Positions 51,701-64,000 of a stretch of 64,000 bases of DNA are shown here, one piece after another. Both the position numbers and the translations under genes were made by a program. Under the pieces are notes generated by a model. It saw only the letters and a program-made list of their open reading frames with translations. It had not been told where the DNA came from and made no database searches. How positions within the stretch are numbered: the stretch's first letter is position 1; the number at the start of each line of letters is the position of its first letter. The DNA is from Squalus acanthias (Eukaryota), in contig JASTWF010000033.1 of assembly GCA_030390025.1 (NCBI GenBank), positions 3,536,001-3,600,000 on the forward strand. Reading direction: 5' to 3'.

Positions 51701-54700
51701 AGGTGGGGAGGAGATGTGGATATTAGGTGGGGTGGGGACGAGCTGAGCATATTAGGTGGGGTGGGGAGGAGCTGAGGATATTAGGTGGGGTGGGGAGGAG
51801 CTGAGGATATTAGGTGGTGTGGGGAGGAGCTGAGGATAGTAGGTGGGTTCAGGAGGAGCTGAGGATATTAGGTGGGGTTGGGAGGAGCTGAGGATATTAG
51901 GTGGGGTGGGGAGGAGCTGAGGTTATTAGGTGGGGTGGGGAGGAGCTGAGGATATTAGGTGGGGTGGGGAGGAGCTGGGGATATTAGGTGGGGTGGGCAG
52001 GAGCTGAGGATATTAGGTGGGGTGGGGAGGAGCTGAGGATATTAGGTGGGGTGGGGAGGAGCTGAGGATATTAGATGGGTTCAGGAGGATCTGAGGACAT
52101 TAGGTGGGGTGGGGGAGGAGCTGATGATATTAGGTGGGGTGGGGAGAAGCTGAGGATATTAGGTGGGTTCAGGAGGAGCTGAGGATATTAGGTGGAGTGG
52201 GGAGGAGCTGAGGATATTAGGTGGGTTCAGGGGGAGCTGAGGATATTAGGTGGGGTGGGGAGGAGCTGAGAGTATTAGATGTGGTGGGGAAAGGCTGATG
52301 ATATTAGGTTTGTTCAGGAGGAGCTGAGGATTGTAGGTGGGGTGGGGAGGAGCTTAGGATATTAGGTGAGGTGGGGAGGAGCTGAGGATATTCGGTGGGG
52401 TGGGAGGAGCTGAGGATATTAGTTGGGGTGGGAGGAGCTGAGGATATAAGGTGGGGTTGGGAGGAACTGGGGATATTAGGTGGGGTGTGGTGGAGCTGAG
52501 GTTATTAGGTGGGGTGGGGAGGTGCTGAGGATATTAGGTGGGGTGGGGAGGAGCTGTGGATATTAGGTGGGTTCAGGAGGAGCTGAGGTTTTTAGGTGGG
52601 GTTGTGGAGGAGCTGAGGATATTAGCTGGCGTGGGGAGGAGCTGAGGATCTTAGTTGGGTTCAGGAGGAACTGAGGATATTAGGTGGGGTGGAGAGAGCC
52701 TGAGGATATTAGGTGGGGAGGAGCTGAGGATATTAGGTAAGGGTGGGGAGGAGCTGAGGATATTAGGTGAGGTGGGGAGGAGCGGAGGATATTAGGTGTG
52801 GTGGGGAGGAGCTGAGGATATTAGGTGGGGTGGGGAGGAGCTGAGGATATTAGGCGAGGTGTGGAGGAGCTGAGAATATTAGGTGGGTTGGGGAGGAGCT
52901 GAGGATATTAGGTGGGGTGTGGAGGAGCTGAGGATATTAGTTGGGGTGGGGAGGAGCTGAGGATATTAGGTGGGGTGGGGAGGAGCTGAGGATATTAGGT
53001 AGGTTCAGGAGGAGCTGAGGATATTAGGTGGGGTGGGGAGAAGCTGAGGATATTAGGTGTGCTGGGGAGGGGCTGAGGATATTAGGAGAGGTGCAGAGGA
53101 GCTGAGAATATTAGGTGGGGTGGCGAGGAGCTGAGGATATTAGGTGGGGTGGGTAGGAGCTGAGGATATTAGGTGGGGTGGGGAGCAGCTGAGGATATTA
53201 GGTGGGGTGGGGAGGAGCTGAGGATATTAGGTGGGGTGGGGAGGAGCTGAGAATATTAGGTGGGGAGGAGCTGAGGATATTAGGTGGGGTGGGGAGAAGC
53301 TGATATTAGGTGGGGTGGGGAGGAGCTGAGGATATTAGGTGGGGTGGGGAGGAGCTGAGGATATTAGGTGGGGAGGAGCTGAGGATATTAGGTGGGGTGG
53401 GGAGGAGCTGAGGATATTAGGTGGGGATTGGAGGAGCTGAGGATATTCGGCGGGGTGAGGAGGAGCTGAGGATATTAGGTGAGGTGGGGAGGAGCTGAGG
53501 ATATTAGGTGGGTAAAGGAGGAGTTGAGGCTATTAGGTGGGGTGGGGAGGAGATGAGGATATTAGGTGGGTTGGGGACGAGCTGAGGATATTAGGTGGGG
53601 TGGGGTGGAGCTGAGGATATTAGGTGGGGTGGGGAGGAGCTTTGGATATTAGGTGGGGTGGGGAGGAGCTGAGGATATTAGGTGGGTTCAGGAGGAGCTG
53701 AGGATATTAGGTGGGGTGGGGAGGAGCTGAGGATATTAGGTGGGGTGGGGAGTAGCTGAGGTTATTAGGTGGGGTGGGGAGGAGCTGAGGATATTAGGTG
53801 GGGTGGGGAGGAGCTGGGGATATTAGGTGGGGTGGGCAGGAGCTGAGGATATTAGGTGGGGTGGGGAGGAGCTGAGGATATTAGGTGTGGTTGGGAGGAG
53901 CTGAGGATATTATGTGGGTTCAGGAGGAGCTGAGGACATTAGGTGGGATGGGGGAGGAGCTGATGATATTAGGTGGGGTGGGGAGAAGCTGAGGATATTA
54001 GGTGGGGTGGGGAATAGCTGAGGATATTAGCTGGGTTCAGGAGGAGCTGAGGATATTAGGTGGGTTCAGGGGGAGCTGAGGATATTAGGTGGGGTGGGGA
54101 GGAGCTGAGTATATTAGCTGGGGTGGGGAGGAGCTGAGGATATTAGATGTGGTGGGGAAGAGCTGATGATATTAGGTTGGTTCAGGAGGAGCTGAGGATT
54201 GTAGGTGGGGTTGGGAGGAGCTGAGGATATTAGGTGGGGAGGGGAGGAGCTGAGGATATTAGCTGGGGTGGGGAGGAGCTGAAGATATTAGGTGGGGTGG
54301 AAAGGAGCTGAGGATATTATGTGGGGTGGGGTGGAGCTGAGGATATTAGGTGGGGTGGAAAGGAGCTGAGGATATTATGTGGGGTGGGGTGGAGCTGAGG
54401 ATATTAGGTGGTGTGGGGAGGAGCTGAGGATATTACATGGGGTGGGGAGGAGCTGATGATATTCGGTGGGGTGGGAGGAGCTGAGGATATTAGGTGGGGT
54501 GGGGAGGAACTGAGGATATTATGTGGGGTGTGGTGGAGCTGAGGTTATTAGGTGGGGTGGGGAGGTGCTGAGGATATTAGGTGGGGTGGGGAGGAGCTGA
54601 GGATATTAGGTGGGTTCAGGAGGAGCTGAGGTTTTTAGGTGGGGTTGTGGAGGAGCTGAGGATATTAGGTGGGGTGGGGAGGAGCTGAGGTTATTAGTTG

Positions 54701-54993
54701 GGTTCAGGAGGAGCTGAGGATATTAGGTGTGGTGGAGGGAGCCTGAGGATATTAGTTGGGAGGAGCTGAGGATATTAGGTAAGGGTGGGGAGGAGCTGAG
54801 GATATTAGGTGGGGTGGGGAGGAGCTGAGGATATTAGGTGGTTTCAGGAGGAGCTGAGGATATTAGGTGGGTTCAGGAGGAGCTGAGGATATTAGGTGGG
54901 GTGGGGAGGATCTGAGGATATTAGGTGGGGTGGAGAGAAGCTGACGATATTAGGTGGGGAGGAGCTGAGGATATTAGGTGGGGTGGGGAGGAG
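45798..54993. repeat. G-rich satellite, 29-bp unit ggaggagctgaggatattaggtggggtgg, about 9.2 kb (roughly 320 units)
   Basis: Directly visible. Confidence 0.98.
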
Positions 54994-55309
54994 TTTACGA
55001 TGTTCGATGCATATATCGGAAGTCACAAAGGGAGCCTGAAGCAAACAGGAGAGCAGTTCTGTTATTTGAAATAAATAATATCTTCACCAACTTCTTCGAA
55101 AAGCAGTGGTGCAATTTGAGAAGCCAAGAGTTCACTTTGCAATAAATCCTCAGATTTTCTGATAAAATTCAAAAACCACACACAGTTTTAGATGGTTGCC
55201 TTTATTAATTATTATTGTTTTTTATTTAATACACTGATGCTTTGCTTCAAATATTGAAATGACATTTCTCTACATGACATCTCACAATGGACATTAGAAA
55301 ACATACAGA

Positions 55310-58225
55310 CTGCGCAGTTAAATGACAAGTGAGCATTAACAGAGATGAACGCGAGGTGATGCACTTTGGTAGGAAAATATAACATCATCAGGGTAGTGCG
55401 GTTGATGTTGTGTATATGGACTTTCAAAAGGCGTTTGACAAAGTACCACATGACATAACTGTTCATAAAATTGTAGTCCATGCGATTAATAGGATAGGGC
55501 AGCACGGATACCAAATTGGCTAAGGGTCAGAAAGCAGAGAGTAGTGGTGGCCGGTTGTTTTTCAGTCTGGAGGGAATTATACAGAGCTGTTCCCCAGGGG
55601 TCGCTATTAGGACCAGTGCTCTCTTTGATATATTTTAATGATCTAGAGTTGGGTATACAGGGCATCAAAACTCTGAAATGTAGCACACAATGAGGAGGAT
55701 AGTAACAGACATCAGGAGGACGTAGACTGACTGGTCAGCAAGAGAACATAAGCAATAGGAGCAGGAGTTGGCCATTCGGCTCTTCAAGCCTACTCCACCA
55801 TTCAATACGCTCCTGGCTGACCTTCGGTTTAAAAGTCATTCATTCAGCACCTTCAAACTGACCCTCATTCCAGCATATAAAGTTATCTCCTTACTCAGTT
55901 TACTGACATATTTTCCATTAGCAGAATAAAATATAATTGGAGCAGAAATCAAGACACTAAATGCCAAGAACATTTGGCTGGGTCTTTACCCTTATAAACT
56001 GTTCCTCAGGCTGGAGGGATTGAGAGCTTCAGAGACGTCCCTGACATGATCCTACACTTCTCTGATGGCGTTTCTTTCGGAATCCAATCCCTTTGCTTGC
56101 AGCATAGCCCGAACTCTGATTCAATTAGGCAGACACTGGGCAGATTCTATTGATCACAGAGAATTGTGAAGTGAAAAATGAGAAGAGGCAATGTAATCTC
56201 AATGGTGCAACTATAAAGGGAGTGCAGTAACAGAGGGACCTAGGCATGTATGTACACTAATCTTTGAATGCGACCGGACAATTTGAGAAGTATGTTAATA
56301 AAGCATACGGGATCATTCGCTTTATTAATAAGCAGTAGAGTACAGAAGCAATGAAGTTATGCGAAAACATTATAAAGCACTGATTAGGCTTCAGGTGTAG
56401 CATTGTGTCCAATTCTGGACACCACACTTTTGGAAAATGTCATGGCCTTCGAGCGTGTGCAGAAGAGATTTACTAGAATGGTACCAGAAACAAGGGACTT
56501 CAGTCATGTGGAGAGACTGGAGAAGCTGGAGTTGTTCTGATTAGAGCAGAGAAGGTTAAGAGGAGATTTGATAGAGGTGTTCTAAAGACTACATAGATTT
56601 AATAGAGTAATTAAGGAGCAACTGTTTCCAGTGGAAGTGGGGTCGGTAACCAGATGACACAGATTTAATGTGATTGGCAAAAGAACCCGAGAGAACATGA
56701 GGAAGAGTTTGTTTTACACAGCGAGTTGTTGTGATCTGGAATGCGCTGCCTGAAAGGGCGGTGGAAGCAGATTCAATAGTAACTTTCAAGGGAAATTTGG
56801 AAAAAATACTTGAGATAAAATAAAATACTGTGGAAAGAGCAGAGGAGTGGAATTAATTGGACAGCTCTACCAAAGAGCCGGCACAGGTACGGTGGGCCGA
56901 ATGTCATCCTTCTGTTCTGTATCATTCCATGATACTATAATCACCGATACCTCAGAAAATAAGAAACTGAACGTGGCAGAAGAGAAAAGGGCTCTCGGGA
57001 TAAAGGTGAACAAATAATTAAAAGCAGTATCACTGGACAGCAAAGCAATTAAAATGTTAACAATGAATTGGGGTTTATTTCTAAGGCAATAGAATTCAAA
57101 AGAAGTGAAGTTGGCCAGTGGTGGGAATTGGTATTTCACAAGGATCGGTGCTGGCAACACTTTTGTTCACCATTTACTTCAACAATTGGGACTCAGGAAT
57201 CGGAAGTGCAATTTCAAACATTGTGGATGCCACCCAAATGGGGGTTTATACATAATATAGAGGAGGACTGCGACAAAATACAGGAGGATGTTAATAAACT
57301 TGCAGAATGGGTGTGTAACTGGCAAATTAACCTCAATATAGAGAAATGCGAGGTAGTGCATTTTAATAGGAAGAATACGGAGGTCACAGACGCCTTGGAG
57401 AATAAGTTCTAAACGGGGTTGAGGGACAGAGCGATGTGAGGATACAGTTACATATATCACTAACAGTTGCAATGCAGGTTGATAAGGCCATAAAAACAAA
57501 GAAAGCACTGGGGTTCATTTCTAGAGGGATAGAATTGTAAAGAATAGAAGTTATGTTAAACCTGTATGGAACCTTGGTTAGACCACACTTGGTGTACTGT
57601 GAACATGCTCTCCATCTTATAAAAAATACATAGAGGGACTGGCGAAAGTACAAACAGTATTTACTAGAATGATACCAGAACTGAGAGGTTATATCTGTCA
57701 GGAAAGACTGAACAGGCTGGGGCTCTTTTCTTTAGGAAAGTGAAGACCGAGGGATGATCAGATAGAATTCTTTGAGATTATGAAAGGGTTTCATAGGGTA
57801 GATTAGAGATGATGTTTCCACTCTCAGGAGAGACTAGAACTCGGGGCCAATGATTTAAGATAGTCATTAATAAATCTAATAGGGAATTCAGGAGAAACCT
57901 TTTTAACAAATGAGTGGTCAGAATGTGGAACTCGCTACCACGAGGAGTAGTTGATGCGAATAGCACAGACACATTTAAAGGGGGAAAGGAATAGAATGAT
58001 ATTTTTACTGGGTTAGATGAAGGAGGGTGGATGGAGGGTCGCGTGGAGCATGTACACCAACATGGACATTTTGAGTCGAATGGCCTGTCTCTGTCCTGTA
58101 AATACTTTGTAAATTGTATTAAACATGTATAGGACCCGGGTCAGGTCACAATTAGAGAACTGTGCAGAGTTATGGTCTCCATAATATAAAAAGGACATAG
58201 AAGAACTGGAGAAAGGGGAAAAAAA
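55310..58225 (+). mobile_element. Multiple old CR1 ORF2 and 3' UTR fragments
   Basis: Degenerate [27 protein letters not shown] and tail sequences. Confidence 0.85.
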
Positions 58226-58229
58226 TACT

Positions 58230-58910
58230 TACAACAACAACAGCTTGTATTTATATAGCGCCTTTAACATTGTAAAATGACCCAAGCGATTCCCGGGAGC
58301 GATATTGAACAACACCTGACCCTGAGCCACATAAGGAGATATCTGGAAAGATGAAAAAAAGCTTAGTCAAAGAGGTAAGTTTTAAGCAGCATCTTAAAGG
58401 AGGAGGGAAATTTAGAGAAGCAGAGAGGTTCAGGGAGGGGATTCCGGAGCTTAGGGCCCAGGCAGCTGAAAGCAGAGCCGGAAGTGGTGGAGCGGTTACA
58501 ATCGGAGATGTGAAAGAGGCCAGAATTAGAGGAACACATAGATCTCGGGAGTGTTGAGGGGCTGGTGGAGCTTGCAGAGTTAGGGAGGGCGAGGCCATGG
58601 AAGGATTTGAAAGCAAGGATGAACATTTTAAAATGGAGGCATTGCCGGAACGGGAGTCAATGTAGGTCAGCGAGCACAGGGGTGGTGGTTTACCGGGATT
58701 TGATGTGGGTTAGGTTACGGGCAGCACAGCTTTGGATGAGCTCAAGTTATGGAGGGTGGGTGTTGGTAAGCCAGCCAGGAGAGAGTTGGTGTTATCAAGT
58801 CTAGAGCTAGCAAAGGCATGGATGATGGTTTGAGCAGCAGATGAGCTGAGGCAGAGGCGAAGTTCGGCGATGTTACCGAGGTGGAAGTAAGCCGTCCTGG
58901 TGATGGAGTG
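58230..58910 (-). mobile_element. L2-type LINE 3' fragment
   Basis: FKSFHGLA...RSMCSSNSGL...AFSCLGPKLRNPLP...FKMLLKTYLF, with a (gtt)n tail. Confidence 0.8.
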
Positions 58911-58916
58911 AATATC

Positions 58917-61900
58917 CGGTCTGTGTCTGTGAATGGAGCTGTCTGTGTCTGTGAATGGAGCTGTCTGAGTCTGTGAATGGAGCTGTCTGGGTCTGTGAAT
59001 GGAGCTGTCTGAGTCTATGAATGAAGCTGTTTGGGTTTTGTGAATGGAGCCATCTGTGTCTGTGAATGAGCTGTCTGGGTCTGTGAATGAGCTGTCTGGG
59101 TCTGTGAATGGAGCTGTCTGGGTCTGTGAATGGAGCCATATGTGTCTGTGAATGAGCTGTCTGGGTCTGTAAATGGAGCTGTTTGGGTCTGTGAATGGAG
59201 CTGTCAGTGTCTGTGAATGGAGCTGTTTGGGTCTGTGAATGGAGTTGTCTGAGTCTGTGAATGGAGCTGTCTGGGTCTGTGAATGGAGCTGTCTGAGTCT
59301 GTGAATGGAGTTGTTTGGGTTTGTGAATGGAACTGTCTGGGTCTGTGAATGGAGCTGTCTGGGTCTGTGGATGGAGCTGTCTGGGTCTGTGAAATTAGCT
59401 TTCTGGGTCTGTGAATGGCACTGTCTGGGTCTGTGAATGCAGCTTTCTGGGTCTGTGGATGGAGCTGTCTGGGTCTGTGGATGGAGCTGTCTGGGTTTGT
59501 AAATGGTGCTGTCTGAGCCTGTGAATGGAGCTGTCTGGATTTGTGACCTGAGCTTTCAGAGTCTTTGAAGTCAGCCGTCTGGATCTTTGAATGGATCTGT
59601 CTGAGTGTCTGAAATGAGCTTTCTGAGTCTCTGAATGGAGATGTCTGGGTCTGTCAAATGAATTGTCTGAATCTGTTCGTGAAATGAGCTGTCTGTTTTT
59701 TTCAAATCAGCTTTCCATGTCTGTAAATGGAGCTGTCTGGGTTTGTGAATGGAGTTGTCTGGGTCTGTGAATGGAGCTGTCTGAGTCTGTGAATGGAGCT
59801 GTCTGGGTCTGTGAATGGAGCTGTCTGGATCTGTGAAATGAACTTTCGGAGTCTGTGAATTGAGCTGTCTGGGTCGCTGAATGGAACTGTCTGTGTCTGT
59901 CAATGGTTTTATCTAGGTCTTTGAAATGAACTCTCTGAGTCTGTGAATGGAGCTGTCTGGGTCTGTGAATGGAGCTGTCTGAATCTGTGAATGAATCTAA
60001 CAACAGAAAACGCTGGAAAACTCTGCAGGCCAGGCACAATCCGTGGAGAGAGAAACAGAGTTAACGTTTCAGGTCGAAGACCTGTCGTCAATGGAGCTGT
60101 CTGGGTCTGTGAAATGAGCTGTCTTGGTCGATGAAATGAGCTGTCTGTGTCTTTGAATGGAGCTGTCGGAGTCTGTAAATGGAGCTGTCTGGGTCTGTGA
60201 ATGGAGCTGTCTGTGTCTGTGAATGGAGCTGTCAGAGTCTGTAAATGGAGCTGTCTGGGTCTGTGAATGGAGCTGTCTGTGTCTGTGAATGGAGCTGTCA
60301 GAGTCTGTAAATGGAGCTGTCTGGGTCTGTGAATGGAGCTGTCTGGGTCTGTGAATGGAGCTGTCTGTGTCTGTGAATGGAGCTGTCAGAGTCTGTAAAT
60401 GGAGCTTTCTGGGTGTGTAAATGGAGCTTTCTGGGTCTCTGAATGAGCTGTCTTTGACTGTAAATGGAGCTGTCTGTGTCTGTGAATGGAGCTGTCTGGG
60501 TCTGTGAATGGAACTGTCCGAGTCTTTAAATGGAGCTGTCTGGGTCTGTGAATGGAGCTGTCTGGATCTGTGAATGGCGCTGTCTGAGTCTGTGAATGGT
60601 GCTGTTTGGGTCTGTGAATGGAGCTATGTGTGCCGGTGAATGAGCTGTCTGGGTCTGTGAAAGGAGCTGTCTGGTTCTGTGAATGGAGCTGTCTGGGTCT
60701 GTGAATGGAGCTGTCTGAATCTATGAATGAATCTAACAACAGAAAACGCTGGAAAACTCTGCAGGCCAGGCACAATCCGTGGAGAGAGAAACAGAGTTAA
60801 GGTTTCAGGTCGAAGACCTATCGTCAATGGAGCTGTCTGGGTCTGTGAAATGAGCTGCCTGGTCGATGAAATGAGCTGTCTGTCTCTTTGAATGGAGCTG
60901 TCGGAGTCTGTAAATGGAGCTGTCTGGGTCTCTGAATGGAGCTGTCTGTGTCTGTGAATTGAGCTGTCAGAGTCTGTAAATGGAGCAGTCTGGGTCTCTG
61001 AATGAGCTGTCTTTGACTGTGAATGGAGCTGACTGTGTCTGTGAAAGGAGCTGTCTGGGTCTGTGAATGAGCTGTCTTGGTCTGTGACTGGAGCTGTCTG
61101 AGTCTGTGAATGGTGCTGTCTGGGTCTGTGAATGAGCTGTCTTGGTCTGTGAATGGAGCTGTCTGAGTCTGTGAATGGAGTTGTCTGAGTCTTTAAATGG
61201 AGCTGTCTGAGTCTTTAAATGGAGCTGTCTGGGTCTGTGAATGGAGCGGTCTGTGTCTGTGAATGGAGCTGTTTGGGTCTGTGTATGGAGCTGTTTGGGT
61301 CTGTGAATGGAGCTGTCTGGTTCTGTGAATGGAGCTGTCTGGTTCTGTGAATGGAGCTGTCTGGATCTGTGAATGGAGCTGTCTGAGTCTGTGAATGGAG
61401 TTGTCTGGGTCTGTGAATGGAGCTGTCTGAGTCTTTAAATGGAGCTGTCTGTGTCTGTGAATGGAGCTGTCTGGGTCTGTGAATGGAGCTGTCTGGGTCT
61501 GTGAATGGAGCTGTCTGTTTCTGTGTCGGTGAATGAGCTGTCTGGTTCTGGGAATGGAGCTGTCTGGTTCTGTGAATGAAGTTGTCTGGATCTGTGAATG
61601 GAGCTGTCTGAGTCTGTGAATGGTGCTGTTTGGGTCTGTGAATGGAGCTATCTGTGTCTGTGTCGGTGAATGAGCTGTCTGGTTCTGGGAATGGAGCTGT
61701 CTGGATCTGTGAATGGATCTGTCTGGGTCTGTGAATGGAGCTGTCTGAATCTTTGAATGAATCTAACAACAGAAAACGCTGGAAAACTCTGCAGGCCAGG
61801 CACAATCCGTGGAGAGAGAAACAGAGTTAACGTTTCAGGTCGATGACCTTATCGTCAATGGAGCTGTCTGGGTCTGTGAAATGAGCTGTCTTGGTCGATG

Positions 61901-64000
61901 AAATGAGCTGTCTGTCTCTTTAAATGGAGCTGTCGGAGTCTGTAAATAGAGCTGTCTGGTTCTCTGAATGGAGCAGTCTGTGTCTGTGAATTGAGCTGTC
62001 AGAGTCTGTAAATGGAGCTTTCTGGGTCTGTAAATGGAGCTTTCTGGGTCTCTGAATGAGCTGTCTTTGACTGTTAATGGAGCTGTCTGGGTCTGTGAAT
62101 GGAGCTGTCTGTGTCTGTGAATGGAGCTGTCTGGGTCTGTGAATGAGCTGTCTTGGTCTGTGACTGGAGCTGTCTGAGTCTGTGATTGGCTGTTTGGGTC
62201 TGTGAATGGAGCTGTCTGGGTCTGTGAATGGAGCTGCCTGGGTCTGTGAATGGAGCTGTCTGAGTCTGTGAATGGAGTTGTCAGGGTCTGTGAATGGAGT
62301 TGTCTGAGTCTTTAAATGGAGCTGTCTGGGTCTGTGAATGGAGCGGTCTGTGTCTGTGAATGCAGCTGTCTGGGTCTGTGAATGGAGCTGTTTGGGTCTG
62401 TGAATGGAGCTGTCTGGGTTTGTAAATGGAGCTTTCTGGGTCTCTGAAAGAGCTGTCTTTGACTGTGAATGGAGCTGTCTGTGTCTGTGAATGGAGCTGT
62501 CTGGGTCTTTGAATGGAGCTGTCTGTGTCTGTGAATTGAGCTGTCAGAGTTTGTAAATGGAACTTTCTGGGTCTCTGAATGAGCTGTCTTTGACTGTTAA
62601 TGGAGCCTTCTGTGTCTGTGAATGGAGCTGTCTGGGTCTGTGAATGAGCTGTCTTGGTCTGTGACTGGAGCTGTCTGAGTCTGTGAATGGAGTTGTCTGG
62701 GTCTGTGAATGTAGCTGTCTGTGTCTGTGAATGGAGCTGTTTGGGTCTGTGAATGGAGCTGTCTGGGTCTGTGAATGGAGCTGTCTGTGTCTGTGAAATG
62801 AGCTGCCTGGTCGATGAAATGAGCTGTCTGTCTCTTTGAATGGAGCTGTCGGAGTCTGTAAATGGAGCTGTCTGGGTCTCTGAATGGAGCTGTCTGTGTC
62901 TGTGAATTGAGCTGTCAGAGTCTGTAAATGGAGCAGTCTGGGTCTCTGAATGAGCTGTCTTTGACTGTGAATGGAGCTGACTGTGTCTGTGAAAGGAGCT
63001 GTCTGGGTCTGTGAATGAGCTGTCTTGGTCTGTGACTGGAGCTGTCTGAGTCTGTGAATGGTGCTGTCTGGGTCTGTGAATGAGCTGTCTTGGTCTGTGA
63101 ATGGAGCTGTCTGAGTCTGTGAATGGAGTTGTCTGAGTCTTTAAATGGAGCTGTCTGAGTCTTTAAATGGAGCTGTCTGGGTCTGTGAATGGAGCGGTCT
63201 GTGTCTGTGAATGGAGCTGTTTGGGTCTGTGTATGGAGCTGTTTGGGTCTGTGAATGGAGCTGTCTGGTTCTGTGAATGGAGCTGTCTGGTTCTGTGAAT
63301 GGAGCTGTCTGGATCTGTGAATGGAGCTGTCTGAGTCTGTGAATGGAGTTGTCTGGGTCTGTGAATGGAGCTGTCTGAGTCTTTAAATGGAGCTGTCTGT
63401 GTCTGTGAATGGAGCTGTCTGGGTCTGTGAATGGAGCTGTCTGGGTCTGTGAATGGAGCTGTCTGTTTCTGTGTCGGTGAATGAGCTGTCTGGTTCTGGG
63501 AATGGAGCTGTCTGGTTCTGTGAATGAAGTTGTCTGGATCTGTGAATGGAGCTGTCTGAGTCTGTGAATGGTGCTGTTTGGGTCTGTGAATGGAGCTATC
63601 TGTGTCTGTGTCGGTGAATGAGCTGTCTGGTTCTGGGAATGGAGCTGTCTGGATCTGTGAATGGATCTGTCTGGGTCTGTGAATGGAGCTGTCTGAATCT
63701 TTGAATGAATCTAACAACAGAAAACGCTGGAAAACTCTGCAGGCCAGGCACAATCCGTGGAGAGAGAAACAGAGTTAACGTTTCAGGTCGATGACCTATC
63801 GTCAATGGAGCTGTCTGGGTCTGTGAAATGAGCTGTCTTGGTCGATGAAATGAGCTGTCTGTCTCTTTAAATGGAGCTGTCGGAGTCTGTAAATAGAGCT
63901 GTCTGGTTCTCTGAATGGAGCAGTCTGTGTCTGTGAATTGAGCTGTCAGAGTCTGTAAATGGAGCTTTCTGGGTCTGTAAATGGAGCTTTCTGGGTCTCT
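58917..64000. repeat. 22-bp satellite (ggagctgtctgggtctgtgaat) with embedded pLTR cassettes, running off the window end
   Basis: Directly visible. ORFs at 61215 and 63163 are identical, indicating a 1948-bp higher-order duplication. Confidence 0.97.

Noticed and set aside
45798..54993. Interstitial telomere
   Set aside because: The unit has TTAGGT, not tandem TTAGGG.
55000..56160. Possible short minus-strand exons in unique sequence
   Set aside because: No recognisable protein motif or consistent pair of splice sites.
58917..64000. CRISPR-like repeat-spacer pattern
   Set aside because: Eukaryotic satellite; the inserts are copies of one another rather than unique spacers, and there are no cas genes.

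Overview
Repeat-dominated vertebrate genomic DNA. The CR1/L2/Penelope repeat repertoire and the style of the LRR exons suggest a cartilaginous fish (shark); this is inference. Most of the window is nested, decayed CR1 LINEs (SGNH-esterase ORF1, APE-RT ORF2). It also holds one decayed Penelope-like element (RT + GIY-YIG) with terminal pLTR repeats carrying minimal hammerhead ribozyme motifs, four solo-LTR-like TG...CA insertions, a tRNA-derived SINE, L2 and RTE fragments, and several tandem arrays (44-, 42-, 29- and 22-bp units). The only host gene is a minus-strand NLR-family remnant: three C-terminal LRR exons at 12.8-13.6 kb and probable 5' exons at 24.3-33.5 kb, with no NACHT exon between them and a broken splice acceptor. 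The most notable signals are an intact minimal hammerhead in the Penelope pLTR, hammerhead/pLTR cassettes amplified inside a satellite, a covarying hairpin shared by three large LTRs, and a 9.2-kb GAGCT/GGGGT switch-like G-rich array. Repeat boundaries were read by eye and are approximate.
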